From Catajapyx aquilonaris (Eukaryota), in the NCBI GenBank assembly GCA_000934665.2, contig KZ538578.1, forward strand, positions 1-63,335: a stretch of DNA of 63,335 nucleotides, written 5' to 3'. Position numbers and translations under genes: made by a program. Shown here piece by piece: positions 14,701-26,408 of the stretch; position 1 is the first letter of the stretch; each line of letters opens with the position of its first letter. The notes under the pieces are model-generated. The model saw nothing but the letters and a program-made list of their open reading frames with translations, ran no database searches and was not told the DNA's origin.

Positions 14701-14999
14701 GTGACCTGTACCAACGTGACCGTGACCACATCTTGGGAACATCCGCCCCTCATTGCACTTATCACTAAATCACATGTGCAATTCAAACGCACATACTGCA
14801 TGTTCTAAAAGTACGGCATGCCGCAGCTCTAATCAACGAGAGGAATGAACAGACATTTTACTAGCGCTGTACTCTCATCCCAAAAAAATGATGCGCATAT
14901 CAAATACATTGCATGACCATGAGTACTGTTATTACCTTGCGTCACTTGAAGGATGGAGACCAACAACACAAGACTGAAAAGCAACTTCGTCAACTCCAT
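2505..14999 (-). CDS. SCPEP1: Retinoid-inducible serine carboxypeptidase (peptidase S10, SCPEP1/RISC-like), 8 coding exons, 440 aa
   Basis: Exons (minus): 14999-14936 (signal peptide MELTKLLFSLVLLVSILQVTQG), 11396-10930 (WGYIETRPGANMFWWLY, WLQGGPGASS, DNPVGTGFSY, catalytic AESYGG), 10858-10748 (GIALGDSWISP), 6643-6433, 6374-6198 (DFMKPV), 5047-4970 (YNGQLDLIV, catalytic D), 4493-4339 (WILRAGHM, catalytic H), 2564-2505 (VPKD...CGL*). All introns are GT-AG and phases match. Total 1323 nt. Confidence 0.95.
2961..3260 (-). mobile_element. Degenerate mariner transposase fragment
   Basis: IIDDLARMCGMSHGSAHLIVRDHLHMQCIC resembles the mariner second HTH leading into the RWVP region. Confidence 0.6.
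4042..4150 (-). mobile_element. Degenerate mariner transposase N-terminal HTH fragment
   Basis: FHFLLKKTATEAYDMLKEAY resembles the mariner N-terminal motif IKFCFxLGKTATETxxMLxxAY. Confidence 0.6.
7647..7942 (+). mobile_element. tRNA-derived SINE with poly(A) tail, spanning an N gap
   Basis: A-box-like TGGCGCCGCGG, B box GGTTCAATCCC and poly(A) at 7915-7942. 13-bp TSD TCTGTCTGAATTT at 7634-7646 and 7943-7955. Confidence 0.8.
8003..8240. repeat. Dispersed DNA-transposon-like repeat, with a second copy at about 37150-37345
   Basis: TTCCGAATCAAGT(A/G)GGCC(A/T)AAATGTTGCT...CACCTATTCC(A/T)TAATGCT...AAAATGAGG is shared by both loci. Confidence 0.6.
8423..8748 (+). mobile_element. tRNA-derived SINE family A with (ATT)n tail
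   Basis: Head GACCGAAGCAGTTTGGAG...GGGATCAAATCC, tail ...GGGGTATG(AATT)(ATT)n. 15-bp TSD ATGTTATGTTCAATT at 8408-8422 and 8749-8763. Homologous to the copies at 25405 and 59701. Confidence 0.85.
9659..10248. mobile_element. Tc4/Tc5-type fold-back element
   Basis: Termini CAAGGGAAG...CTTCCCTTG, inverted arms of about 260 bp, flanks C-CGA and TGA-G (TNA TSD with one mismatch). Confidence 0.8.
12322..12446. mobile_element. PIF/Harbinger (Tourist-like) MITE
   Basis: TIR of about 40 bp, GGGCCGGTTTCACCGAGCT...AGCTCGGTGAAACCGGCCC, with 3-bp TSD TGA on both sides. Confidence 0.75.
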
Positions 15000-15120
15000 G
15001 ATGAATCTGCTGGTTGGATTAAAAAGAAATCAACGACGTCCCCGTCGTCTGGCTCATTTACGGGCACTCCAGGCCGAGGTGGTACACGAACATCGCATTG
15101 TATGACAATAACAATACGTT

Positions 15121-15128
15121 TCACGTGA
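15121..15128. promoter_or_regulatory. CLEAR/E-box motif TCACGTGA about 120 bp upstream of the SCPEP1 start codon
   Basis: Palindromic TCACGTGA in the CpG-containing region 5' of ATG 14999. SCPEP1 is a lysosomal enzyme. Confidence 0.4.
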
Positions 15129-15845
15129 GTTGCGATCCCGAGACGAACCGATGGATTACGATAATCCGCAGTGTTGCCACACTTATATGGATAATTATAA
15201 TTATTATAATAATGATTTGTACATAATTTTATCCGATGTATATCTAAACTTTATGACAGTTCAGGTGGATAATTCATTAAAATAGTGTCATTTTTAGTCC
15301 GGTTCGTCTGCTAGGATGTCACAGTGTTGTCAGATTGCTTAGTATAATAAATGATCGGGTCGCCAGATGTCTCTCGAGTCGCCATCGGCGGGAATACAAG
15401 TAATTATGGACAAGTTGACCTGGGAAATATCGGTGGGCATACATGACAAATTTGCAAGAGAAAAAACCAGAATTGAAAACAAATATCTGATCTTGCACTT
15501 GCTTACGTGCTGGTGAAGAGCAAAAATTCTCGCTTTATGGCTCATATTATGATTAAATGGACTTCACCAGACGATATAGCAGAAAAATGCTAGTTAGCTG
15601 TAGAAATAACTCAAAACCGCCAAAATTGCACTTAGTGGATATCTCCTGCATGTCCATAATATATGAATGAATCATATCCATAATTGGTTTTACAATTTTT
15701 ATTATTTTTTATTATTTTGCACTATGAGGATCAGGTACAGTCTACCGTGTTAGTGTTTCATAATTTTGTTTAAATCTGGCTCAGACGTTATTAGACTCTT
15801 GGGTTCAATTTTGAAAGTTGATCCAAAAAAGCTGACGGTAGTTAA

Positions 15846-17484
15846 CTAGTAGTTATACTGCCTCCTTTTCTTGTACCTATTAGGCTTGAGGCGCTTACTG
15901 CTTTTCTTGGGCTTGGGCGCGATGTAACCCTTGGGCGGGGGCCTCAAATGGTAGCGGAGGTAGTGCTCACTTGGAGGCATACATCTTGACGGGATGGCCA
16001 GTATGTTGAGCCTAGGGGAGGTGACAGCCTGCAAATGGACTCATGGGTTACGCATCGAAAATTATCATAAGCTAAGTGATATTAAAATTCATTGAAAATA
16101 TGATCATGTAAAATGTAATGAGAAAGAAGATGGTAAAATCAAGCCAATATTTGTGACGTATGAGTGGGCCATTGAGACTTACCTTTAGAGCTGATTTAGA
16201 GACAGGTATTGGGAGAGTCCGAGGGTGGATAACATAAGGATCTTCCATTCTAGGTTCGGCCAACCTCTTCAAACGAGAACTGCATCGGTAGCGTAGTGGC
16301 TTAGGGATCAATGAGGCTTTCATTGCTGACTCTGCATCTACAAAGTATAATTATAGAATTAGTATTTTTTTGTGACAAATGTTAATGACAAAATAATGAG
16401 TCCCGTACATTGAGAATACAGGCTTTTGGGTGCAGATAGCTCTAGAATACGCGCAGATGCGACAGCCGTTAAGGTTGCCTTCTTAATAGGGCGGGGAATG
16501 GTTCTGAAATAAAAATTACGAACAAATTAGTCTAAATGTGACTAGTGGATATCATACAATTGAACAAGAAACGGAATGCACTGATGCGGAATATCTTCAA
16601 TAGTGGCATTAAACCCCCTGCTGAGGACATGATTTCTACATACACCTTTTAACTACAAGCCACTATTGGTTGTATTCTACTTAGCGTCATCAGTCATTCA
16701 CAACGATCATGTGAGATAGTTACAGAGGTTTAATGACATCTGGGTGCTGTAGCCTGGGTGTTGCCAATATCTTCAAACGCTGCAAAATAATCGGTCAGTT
16801 ATATATATTAGGATTTAATTGACAAAATAGCAGTGAAAACTATGTAGCTGCTAACATTTTTACCTCTAGATTGTATGATGGGGCGGGAGATTTTTTCTTG
16901 ACCAGGGCGACGTTTACTCTGTCCATCAGAGAGGACAGAGTAGGTGGAATTGGGCGCTCATTTTCTTCTTCTTTTCGGGTGGACATGGCAAGGATTGTTA
17001 ATTAAATAAATATAAGGTTTACGCTTGCACTACAGGTTTGAGTAGTAAATAATTCTTACCTGAATTTCGGTTCTTGGGTGCGGCGAGTGTCTGGAGGCGT
17101 TGAGACGGCACGGCATTCAATGCTGATTTGCTGATGGGCCACTCCACTTCCCTGAAATTTGAAATATGCAGAAATTGTATGGCTGAATTACATACGCTCT
17201 AAGACGGTATTACCATCATGTGCTGATATGTTCAAAACAATGTTCATTGTGCAATTACTTGATATTACAACTATAAAGTTTGTGAGGGAGTTTGTCTCTT
17301 TCGGTCATTCTCTCCTTCGGACAGTGTCCATACTTCGACACATACCCTGATATTTTAATGGGACTACCAACTACAGACTTCACACACAATTTTTTGTACC
17401 AAATTACTAAAATAAGTTAGACTCAGTGGCGGAACTTCAAATTCTGGGCCCCCCTGCAAGAAATTATTGTGCCCCCCCCTCCCC

Positions 17485-17576
<92 letters not shown>

Positions 17577-17592
17577 AATAATAATAATAATG

Positions 17593-17664
<72 letters not shown>

Positions 17665-18238
17665 GATAATAATAAATCAGAGATATCGATGCATTTCAGG
17701 ACAGTTTCTTTTTAATGGTACGCGTGTACTAGTAAATGACGACAGCAGTTCAATATATTCAATAAGTTCAATACAATTATTTTTCCAACAATACAAAAAA
17801 AATTAAAAATGCTTCTTTCTTGCTTTAACATTAGCAAAGTCGTTGATAACTTCATCAATGTTCAGCGCCTTAGCCTGGGCTCCTTCAATGCTAAGTAATG
17901 CCAGTCCACGTAGTCTGTCCTCCTTCATAGTATTGCGAAGGTACGTTTTTATTATTTTCAATTTAGAAAAAGATTGTTCTGCAGAAGCAGTAGTGACAGG
18001 GAGTGTGAGATATATAAAAAAAAGCATTGCAGACTTCTGAGTAGTTTGATACCAAATTTGAATATTCCAACAAAAGTAGGCTTGCCAAATCTTTTACAGA
18101 CGCGCACTTCCCAATATCAAAACGAAATGTCTTTTGGAAAGATATTAGTTGCAAATGCAAGTTGTTTGAAAAGTCTGTGGGGTATGACATTTGACGCCTT
18201 GTTGCAGCTACCTTGATGTCATCATCACTTGCCTCAGA

Positions 18239-18310
<72 letters not shown>

Positions 18311-19266
18311 TATTACTACTACTACTACTTCACTCGTGTTTGGGCCCCCCTTTGCTTTGGGCCCCCTGCCGCTGCATCCACTGCACCCCCCTAGTTCCGC
18401 CACTGGTTAGACTATATCTGGTTGAAAGTTGTAAGTAGCGATTTCCAATCATAATCAATCAATGAATCAGTCGAATACTCTGGACCCTTATTTTACTTTT
18501 TGCAAGCCATTTGTACATCATGCGCTGCTCTGATGAAAATTAGTATGATAGTAGAGTTGCATATACTATAGCAGAGCAAGACCATCTGGACTGTACTGGA
18601 CAGTCCTCTACAGGGTTCATAATTGTGCAGGCGACCGATTAAGGATAACAAAACGATAAAATATTTCATGTAGTGTAGATAGTATTATGCAATGGAAGTA
18701 GTGTAGTGGCTAGAGCCGCAGCCTTCTATCTCCCGAGTTCGGTCCCCGGGTTGGACAGATGATACTTATGTGGATAGAGTTTTAATGGGCACCCTCCGTG
18801 TTAGTGTGGGTTTTCTCGGGACTCTCTCGTTTCCTCCCACTATCAAAATCCATCACAGCACAGGCAATGATTAAAGATCGTCAACGAAAAGCTGATTCCC
18901 CAAAAGGCCCACGGGGTATCACAACTTTCACATTATCATTATTATGCAATGGATTAATTAATTTTTAAAATAATTGCAGAGATCACGTGAGAGAGATTTA
19001 CTCATTGAACAATGATGAGGAAGAAGTGCGTATTACCTTGGAGGTTTGTAATCTTTGTGCAATTGCCTAGGAGTTGAAAGTTTGTCGATGTTGTATCGGC
19101 GTTGCACAGCAGTCTTCAGGCTCATAGTACTGGGAGTGTCTGGTTGTGGCGATGGTCTATCCTCCACTGTAAGGTCCTCTAAGATGTGATGACCCTGATT
19201 GACACTAGGGGCCAAGCGGCGGGCGCTCTTGGTCTTTGTGACAGGCTGGCGCCGCACCCAGCCCAT
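15846..19266 (-). CDS. Testicular haploid expressed gene (THEG)-repeat protein, 7 coding exons, about 305 aa
   Basis: Exons (minus): 19266-19037, 17151-17060, 16970-16864, 16779-16724, 16503-16409, 16337-16183, 16028-15846. Phases match and the total is 918 nt. Recurrent THEG-type motif (I/V)SKSAL..(S)xRLxxLAxP(K/R): WPISKSALNAVPSQRLQTLAAPK, RLKILATPR, ASARILELSAPK, SSRLKRLAEPR, PVSKSALKAVTSPRLNILAIP. The start codon and the exon 3 acceptor are less certain. Confidence 0.8.
17424..18405 (-). mobile_element. Internally deleted hAT transposon in intron 1 of the THEG-like gene
   Basis: TIRs CAGTGGCGGAACT and AGTTCCGCCACTG with a perfect 8-bp TSD GTTAGACT (17416-17423, 18406-18413). Contains the hAT C-terminal dimerisation domain LTLPVTTASAEQSFSKLKIIKTYLRNTMKEDRLRGLALLSIE (17803-18027). 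Confidence 0.93.
17486..17672. repeat. (AAT)n/(GAT)n compound microsatellite
   Basis: Seen directly. A mirror (ATT)n/(ACT)n tract lies at 18240-18329. Confidence 0.95.
18697..18939 (+). mobile_element. tRNA-derived SINE family B with a V-domain-like core
   Basis: TAGTGTAGTGG and GAGTTCGGTCC boxes, core GTGGGTTTTCTCGGGACTCTCTCGTTTCCTCCCAC, 14-bp TSD TATTATGCAATGGA (18683-18696, 18940-18953). Related copies at about 21110-21280, 25880-25960 (minus) and 48341-48480. Confidence 0.75.
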
Positions 19267-22219
19267 CTTGGCCTCCCCCGTACTCCGGGCGGTCAGCACG
19301 AATGGAACATTTCCCTGGCTTTGTTGGGATAAACAACCCGTTGCTTGGTGCCGCCACCGAAATTTTGTCAACTCATTATCAATGGAGCCAAACACAGCAC
19401 CGAGTAAACTGGAACCGGCTTATGTTTCTAGATGCAATATTGAAAAAATTGACCAATCTGATTGCAAATCAACATCTGGCAGGATACAAAATAACCCATA
19501 ACATGTAAGACTACCAACAGAATTTATCAATGTTCATTTACAATCAAATGGTGTGTTTCTGGATCGGCAATACTGCACTTAGCAACCAAATAGTAGACCT
19601 GGTCAATTTTTATTTCAGAAACGCGAACATGGAGATAACCACTTTAATGTCTTACCACATGAAACATTATACGTATGATGCCTTGCTCGATGAAGACCTA
19701 TATGAAACTCGACGGGAATCGAACCCTATGGTTTTACCTCAGCACTACTTTCCCACCTTTCCTTTCCTTCATAAAAAAAAAGAATGAGGTGACGTGGCTA
19801 ATGTCATGGTTATTTTTCTGCCACTGAAACTCGACACTGTGCAGATGCCAAGTAGCGGTCACTGCCCTTCTACACTTGAAAGTGTGTTCCACAACCAACC
19901 AAACTGTTGACAGCATTGCCGCATCATTTCTGTGTGACTTTCAGGTATAGCGACCTACTTTAAACTTGTGAAAATATATGAAGCAATATATTTTAACTGC
20001 TTGGCGTGTAATATGAATGCAAGGGCGCGGAAGAATAAATGCTATTTTTATGACTAGTAACGCCAGGAGTGTTAGGATGATGCACGGTTCAGTAGAAAAT
20101 AAAACAGTCTAGGAGCGTACCAGTACCATATCTTCTGAACACTTAGAACCAGTCACAAATTGATGGGTTTTTGCTGGATGATCAGTCGTTTTTTGATGCT
20201 CGTACAACCATTAACATTTCGTTCTTTTTTTTCTTCAATTTTACACGCCTCAAGCTTCTACTAACGTAAACAACACGACAAAAATAGACTTCCTAAGAAA
20301 AACTTTCCAGCCAGCCTACCTACTTTAGGCATGCGCCACAAGATATTTGGGGATGTTTCCACCAATACCTTTGTAATGCTTCGTACTTCATCAAACAGCC
20401 AGATTATATCTTGCTTGGCAACATGGCAACCAATGCTCATTTCACATAATATACTGCCTCACTTATGTATGAGTCGATTTGATGAGTTCCAAAATTATGA
20501 TTGATTAGTATGACAATCAACAGTATAATCATATTGAAGGTATCAGGTCAGGTGTCACAATTCCACATAGGTCCAGAGCGTCACACTTAATAAGTGCCCG
20601 GTATGTATATTTTTAACAAATCTCTAATAACTGGCTACATAAATGATCTGTTTGAAATTCAGACCAATTATTCCAGGATGCGCAATAATAGCATTGCAAA
20701 AAGTAATCCTGCACCATATGAATATTTCAGAAGAATCTGGCAATCACTCGGCGTTGCAGTTATCTTCATTGCCAACGCCAGGTCGCACGTCAAGCAGAAG
20801 CAACAAGTAAGTATACATTGCCAGCAAATAGGCTAATGTGATTGACAGCAGCTCCGAATGGGTAATAATATAAGTAGCACTGCTTTCCAGTAATAGCAGA
20901 CCCAATTGAGGAAGAGCGCATGCGCTGCGCCGCCCAATTTGGCTCGAGTCGACTTGAAACTTCAGCCCTGGTGATTCTTTGCCAGACCTGCTCAGTCGAC
21001 AATTGGCGGGAGAATCAATCTGGTGTATCCATTTTTCTGCCAACTGCTATTTTGTGCTGGATCACTTTATTCAGGTATGCTTTTTTTGCAATCAGAGAAT
21101 TCATTTGAGGGATTTGTGGTTAGAATTACAGAGGTCCATCGCTCAGGTAACATGTTCGATTCTCAGAGGATATTCTGATGGGGAAGGAGTTTCGATGGGT
21201 TCTCTCCGTGTTCGTGTGGGCTTTTTCGGGGTTTTTCAGTCTTTTTCTGCTATCATATTTCATCAGAAGAGCAGTCGATGAATAAAGTTTGGCATTTAAA
21301 ATTGAGATAATAATGATAATATTCTGTTGCATGCTGTGCAAAGGGCACAGGTAAGGGAACACCTAAAAGACGCGACAAGTTCATTGCATCAGACAACGAA
21401 AATAAGTGAATCATGAATGAAATGAACGGAAAGGTACAATTACAGTGCTGTACTCCCTATAGATGGGATTACAAAATGACATAATCGGACACCACCCCAG
21501 AAAAGAAAATAACAACCATGTAATATTGTTGTAACAGCTACAAGGTGCTATTACATGATTGCAGTAAAGGTTTGAGAGTCCCCATGGTAACATAACCGAT
21601 TGGCGATTGCATACTTCTACTGCTTACTCAGATGAAGGTGGCCATTATTAAGTGCTTTTTTCATATAGCTCATATTTTGTTAAAAGGCATTATATCTTTA
21701 TACATATCTCATTCACTTCCTACCTAAATGCGACCAACTTCACACGCAGTGTTGTCATATGTCACTTACTGACACAAGACACCTTAGGAAATTATCAAGG
21801 CAATGCATGACAACTACTCGTTTTGAGTAGCTTCTAATTGCCCTCAGTTATCGCGGAGGGTGATCCGGAGTGGGTGGAATTCAGATAAGGCTATGGGTAG
21901 GATCTGTTTTTCAACAGAAGTTTAACTATATGCTCCCCCATTTTTATTACTCGTGTGGTGAATTTCCTTGAGGTTTTCCACCACCCCAGCGGTGCCATAT
22001 AAAAGATTACATCGCCATATGCCCCCTATAAATATTTGTCCCTCTCTCACACACACTCATCCACATAGTCCCACCCTTTTCGCTTCGGTGCCAAATAGTG
22101 GGTTTCGCACTGTAGAAATAAGTGATAGGCAATGAGGTCAAATGAATTTCTCATGATGTGAATATTCATTATATATGGTACTGTATATACGCTCAGTACA
22201 ATTTAATTAGTATATTTGG

Positions 22220-22459
22220 ACGGTGTTATGCAATAATGAGTCAACCCATATGAGAACAGTTTTGAGAAAAAGGGCTTTGAAGGTCATACCTGTGAAATTA
22301 ATTAAGTGTTCTTTTAGGTCATTTATGGCAGAAGTATGCAGATTTCGCCACCTTGATTTTAACCGAATGAAGTATACTATCCTTTAGGTGTATGTTCCTG
22401 GGCTTAGCTCAATTTTGACATTTTTGTGGGTTGATCCTGATCCATTATTGCATAACACC
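22220..22459. mobile_element. MITE-like inverted-repeat element
   Basis: GGTGTTATGCAATAATG...TCAACCCA at the left and TGGGTTGA...CATTATTGCATAACACC at the right. Confidence 0.55.
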
Positions 22460-23847
22460 GGAGTCCATTTATTCTTCAAAATCCAGGTCATAATAATGTA
22501 AATATTTTTCCATTCATCCAGCTGCCCCCTTCTTCTGGTGGTGGTGCGGATACGTTTCCATCATTACATAACTTAAACATGACTATAATGCTGCAGGATG
22601 TTTACAGTGTACCGTGTTCGCCTCACATGTAGAAGCATTGAATGCCGTAAATATTTGCGCGCGAGCCAAAAACAGAAAAGGTTTAAATCGAAAACTCTTT
22701 GAAATTTAACCTCACCATGAAGGATAATGACTTTTTTATCGCATGTTATGACGTTCAATGAAGCTTTAAAATATAGTAATTAATTAATGTCTTTGGCAAC
22801 AGGCAGGGCAATTTTTCAGGGCTGTGATGTGTCGCCCTTTGAATTTCATGCTTGTACGTACTACTAATGAAAGAGCACTATTCACAAACGGAAATAGCTA
22901 TTTTTTCAGCATGTGTACATTGTTTTACTACTACACTCTGAGGGTGCCTGTAACATGCCAAACTGCTGTTGATCCGCGTCGTAGTCTGTTACAATAAGTC
23001 TAGAGGAAATGTGAATTGTACTATTTTCAAGCTAAACAAACTATTTAAAAATCCGCCAAAACAGATGTCCTTACTAGGATAACCACCTGCTCCGTCAAAT
23101 ATCAACGTCGTTCAGATAGTAAGGTTGTTGCTTCTGTACTGTACACTGTACTCTCCTGGCCACGTGCTATATGATCAGACTCCCAGATTGCTGGCTTGTC
23201 GCTCTAATCTTAGTTGGCTAATGCATTCTTATATGCTACCCTTCCTAGTATGACGTAATCTGAAGTTTACTCGGGAAATCGCACAACAGTCATTCTCCTT
23301 TTATCACAAACCACCTTTCCCTACAGAAGAAGACGCTTAGTGTGAAAGAATATTGTTGATAATAATATTATTGTGAACAATGTACCTATAACCGTAACCT
23401 AAATGTACGCCAATTAACAATCTAAGCATAATCTTTGTTGCCATTTAATCACCTTCCATCCCCAACAATGCAATGTGCACCAAATATCGCTGATCATATT
23501 TAGAAACGTTATAATAAGAAGTGATAGAATGGCCACTATATAGCACAGTCTGTGTTGTAGATCACCAAATAATTTCGACCAGAAATGAAAATTGACTTGT
23601 TTATTCAAATGTCAACATGTTTCTTCAGCGGCTACAAGGTAATGCCACTTCCAATAGCTATATTTACTATTAGTCTGTACCTTTGAAAATGTTTTGCCGC
23701 ATGCTGCGATTGTTGATTTTAGTGAATGGCCAATTTATAACTTTTGCTCTTGACATCTTTTGGTTGGCACCTGATGTATTCTTTCCGTCTATCGTTAACT
23801 CAAAAAAATCAACAACTTTAATTCAGCAAGGTTATAATTTTTACTGA

Positions 23848-24416
23848 CAAGGGAAGATCACAGGGTGATAATGACGGATCTTGATGAAATTTAACATGCT
23901 AATACAGGACAATATATGATACCCAAAAATGAAATATTTCATGCGGAGGCCCATATTTGCAAAAGTTATGACGTCTTAAAGTTCAAAAAAAACATTTTCA
24001 TTGAATTCATAATGGGATTACATTAGCGACCACATATAATGACATTGAAGTGTGTAATCAGTTTCTATACTTTGTCTCATCGGAAAAAAGTCATACATAA
24101 CGGCTTGTATCTCTTACGGTTTAGGCCTTGATACCTGTCCACAGACGGACGGACGGCCAGAGCCGTTCTGTAGGACTTTTTTCTGATGAGAAAAAGTGTA
24201 GAAACTGATTACACACTTCAATGCCATTATATGTGGTCGCTAATGTAATCCCATTATGAATGAAAATGTATTATTTTTGGAACTTTAAGACGTCATGACT
24301 TTTGCAAATATGGGCCTCCGCACGAAATATTTCATTTTTGGGTATCATATATTGTCCTGTATTAGCAGGTTAAATTTCATCAAGATTCGTCATTAACCCC
24401 CCGTGACCTTCCCTTG
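23848..24416. mobile_element. Tc4/Tc5-type fold-back element
   Basis: C-TGA|CAAGGGAAG...CTTCCCTTG|TGA-G, with near-identical inverted arms of about 240 bp around a (GACG)n-containing spacer. Confidence 0.85.
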
Positions 24417-25402
24417 TGAGTATGTGCAATGTTGGACGAGCCATATCATCTCCAAGTTTGTTGAAAGATAAAACTTTGCCCCTGTTTTCTAATTTGCATC
24501 TAAATGGTTGTACCAGGCGTAGAAAAATCGACACTCAAGTTCTAGACACGATTGTAAAAGTTGTTATTTCTTTGGGTCGCAAATGAACGGAACGGATGGA
24601 AAAGCAAGCGCAAACATAAGTTGTCCTTACCTCCTGTATAATTTCAGCACGGTTGATCAGCGAGACAAATGCCATGTTCTTGAAGTTCACGCCTCGTCCC
24701 CACCTGAATACACAGTAGTTAGCCGGGTCTTGGCTATTTTTATCTATGAATAATAGTGTAATTCTGCTGGTTCATCAGTTTTGATTTTCAGGAGCTGGCG
24801 CTGTCCTTTTAGGCGGCTGATGAATTGAAAAGTGTTGTGTTGATTTCATATGTGTCACTTTTATAGCAGGAAAAGGTCATAAAAGAGAACACCGATGAGT
24901 TTTCTATGCCGAGCAGTGAACGTCAGTGTTAAACCGAGCCTGCCTAACTCCTATTTTTAGGCTAACTTCGGAGTCGCAGCCTGTACGAGGAACTCCTGGC
25001 CAGATAAAAAAGAAGAAGAAAGAATTCTCTGCTGGAAAGAGCGAGAACGTTAGGAAGAGTGGGAAAAGGATTTTACGCATTGCGTAACAATGCGAACAGA
25101 TGCAAGGGTGTTCACATAATAAATCAAGCCTCATGTTTGGGACAGGAAAGTCCAGACACCAACATTTTTCAGATGCCAAAAAGTACGGCGGATTTTTTTT
25201 TTTAAAGAAGTTATTTATCAATGAGAAAATAAGGGTGTCGTTTATATCAGTCAAAAATATAAAACGGTCGTGATTTTAAAAATAATTTTACATGGGTTTC
25301 CATCAGCAGGGTTTTAAATTTTATGGATCTCAGTAGTGTTTGTTATATTTTGATAGTACTTCCTGCGACACCGCAACCACGTTTCTCATCATACAGTAAC
25401 AA

Positions 25403-25404
<2 letters not shown>

Positions 25405-25476
<72 letters not shown>

Positions 25477-25773
25477 TAATAATAATAATAATAATAATTC
25501 ATACCCCGTTATCAGCCTATCGACTCTTTAGGGGGGAAGTTTTGTTTTGCCTGGAACTCTTTGCTTTCACTTTACTGCGCTTCTTGGGATATGATAGGAA
25601 CGGAAGGAAGCGGCTGTGGCCTATTTACGGAAACAACTCCGGAATTTTCCTGGAAGGATCGTGGGAATAAACCACGGAAAACCACGGTCAGAGTTGCCGG
25701 CCCCGGGATTTGATCCCAGGATCTCCCGATTAGCAGTCGGACACCATAACCCCTACTCCAAACTGCTTCGGTC
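25405..25773 (-). mobile_element. tRNA-derived SINE family A
   Basis: Reverse-complement homolog of 8423-8748 with an (AAT)n tail. 14-bp TSD ATACAGTAACAAAA at 25391-25404 and 25774-25787. Confidence 0.88.
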
Positions 25774-26408
25774 ATACAGTAACAAAAAAATGAACAGGTT
25801 TTCCCGTAGCCTATAATTATGCCTGTGGGGCTGTGGCCTTTCAGATCTGCTTTCAAATGCCCGTCTATATTTTCTGTTGACTATTCATTGTGGAAGGAAA
25901 AGTGAGAATCCAAAGAAAACCACACGAACGAGGAGAGAACCCATCGAAACTACATTTCTTCATGAGCTCAGCAAAGGGCATCAAATTAATGCGATATTAG
26001 TAGTTAGAGTTGAATATTTTTCTGACCATACTGCGATATTAGTCCAGTGTCAGCTAAAGGAGTGACATTGCCACTATGAACTCAGGCTACCACCTGAAAA
26101 ACACGATTTATGTTCCAGGTACCATCACGCTTCACATGAAATCATCTGACGCACATGCATCGGGAAGATTACCTGCAAATATCCTGACTGTCGAGAGGAA
26201 GACAGAGCCCAGGTTGCCAGGGACTTGTTACCGGAGTGCCAGTGAAACAAAACGAGCTCGAAAATGACCAGCGGTTATGATCTTTCAGAAGTGCTCATCA
26301 ACATTTCAAATTGATTAACCGCTACCTAAGAAAAATAATCATCCTGCCATAAGAAAACCATAATCACCTGCCACTGGAACTATACGAGGTGTGTGTGAAC
26401 CCATCAAG

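Noticed and set aside
17467..18438. ORFs with polyI/N/D/Y/L runs (also at 8637-8885, 25323-25670 and 55319-55702)
   Set aside because: They are translations of AAT/GAT/GA microsatellites, not genes.
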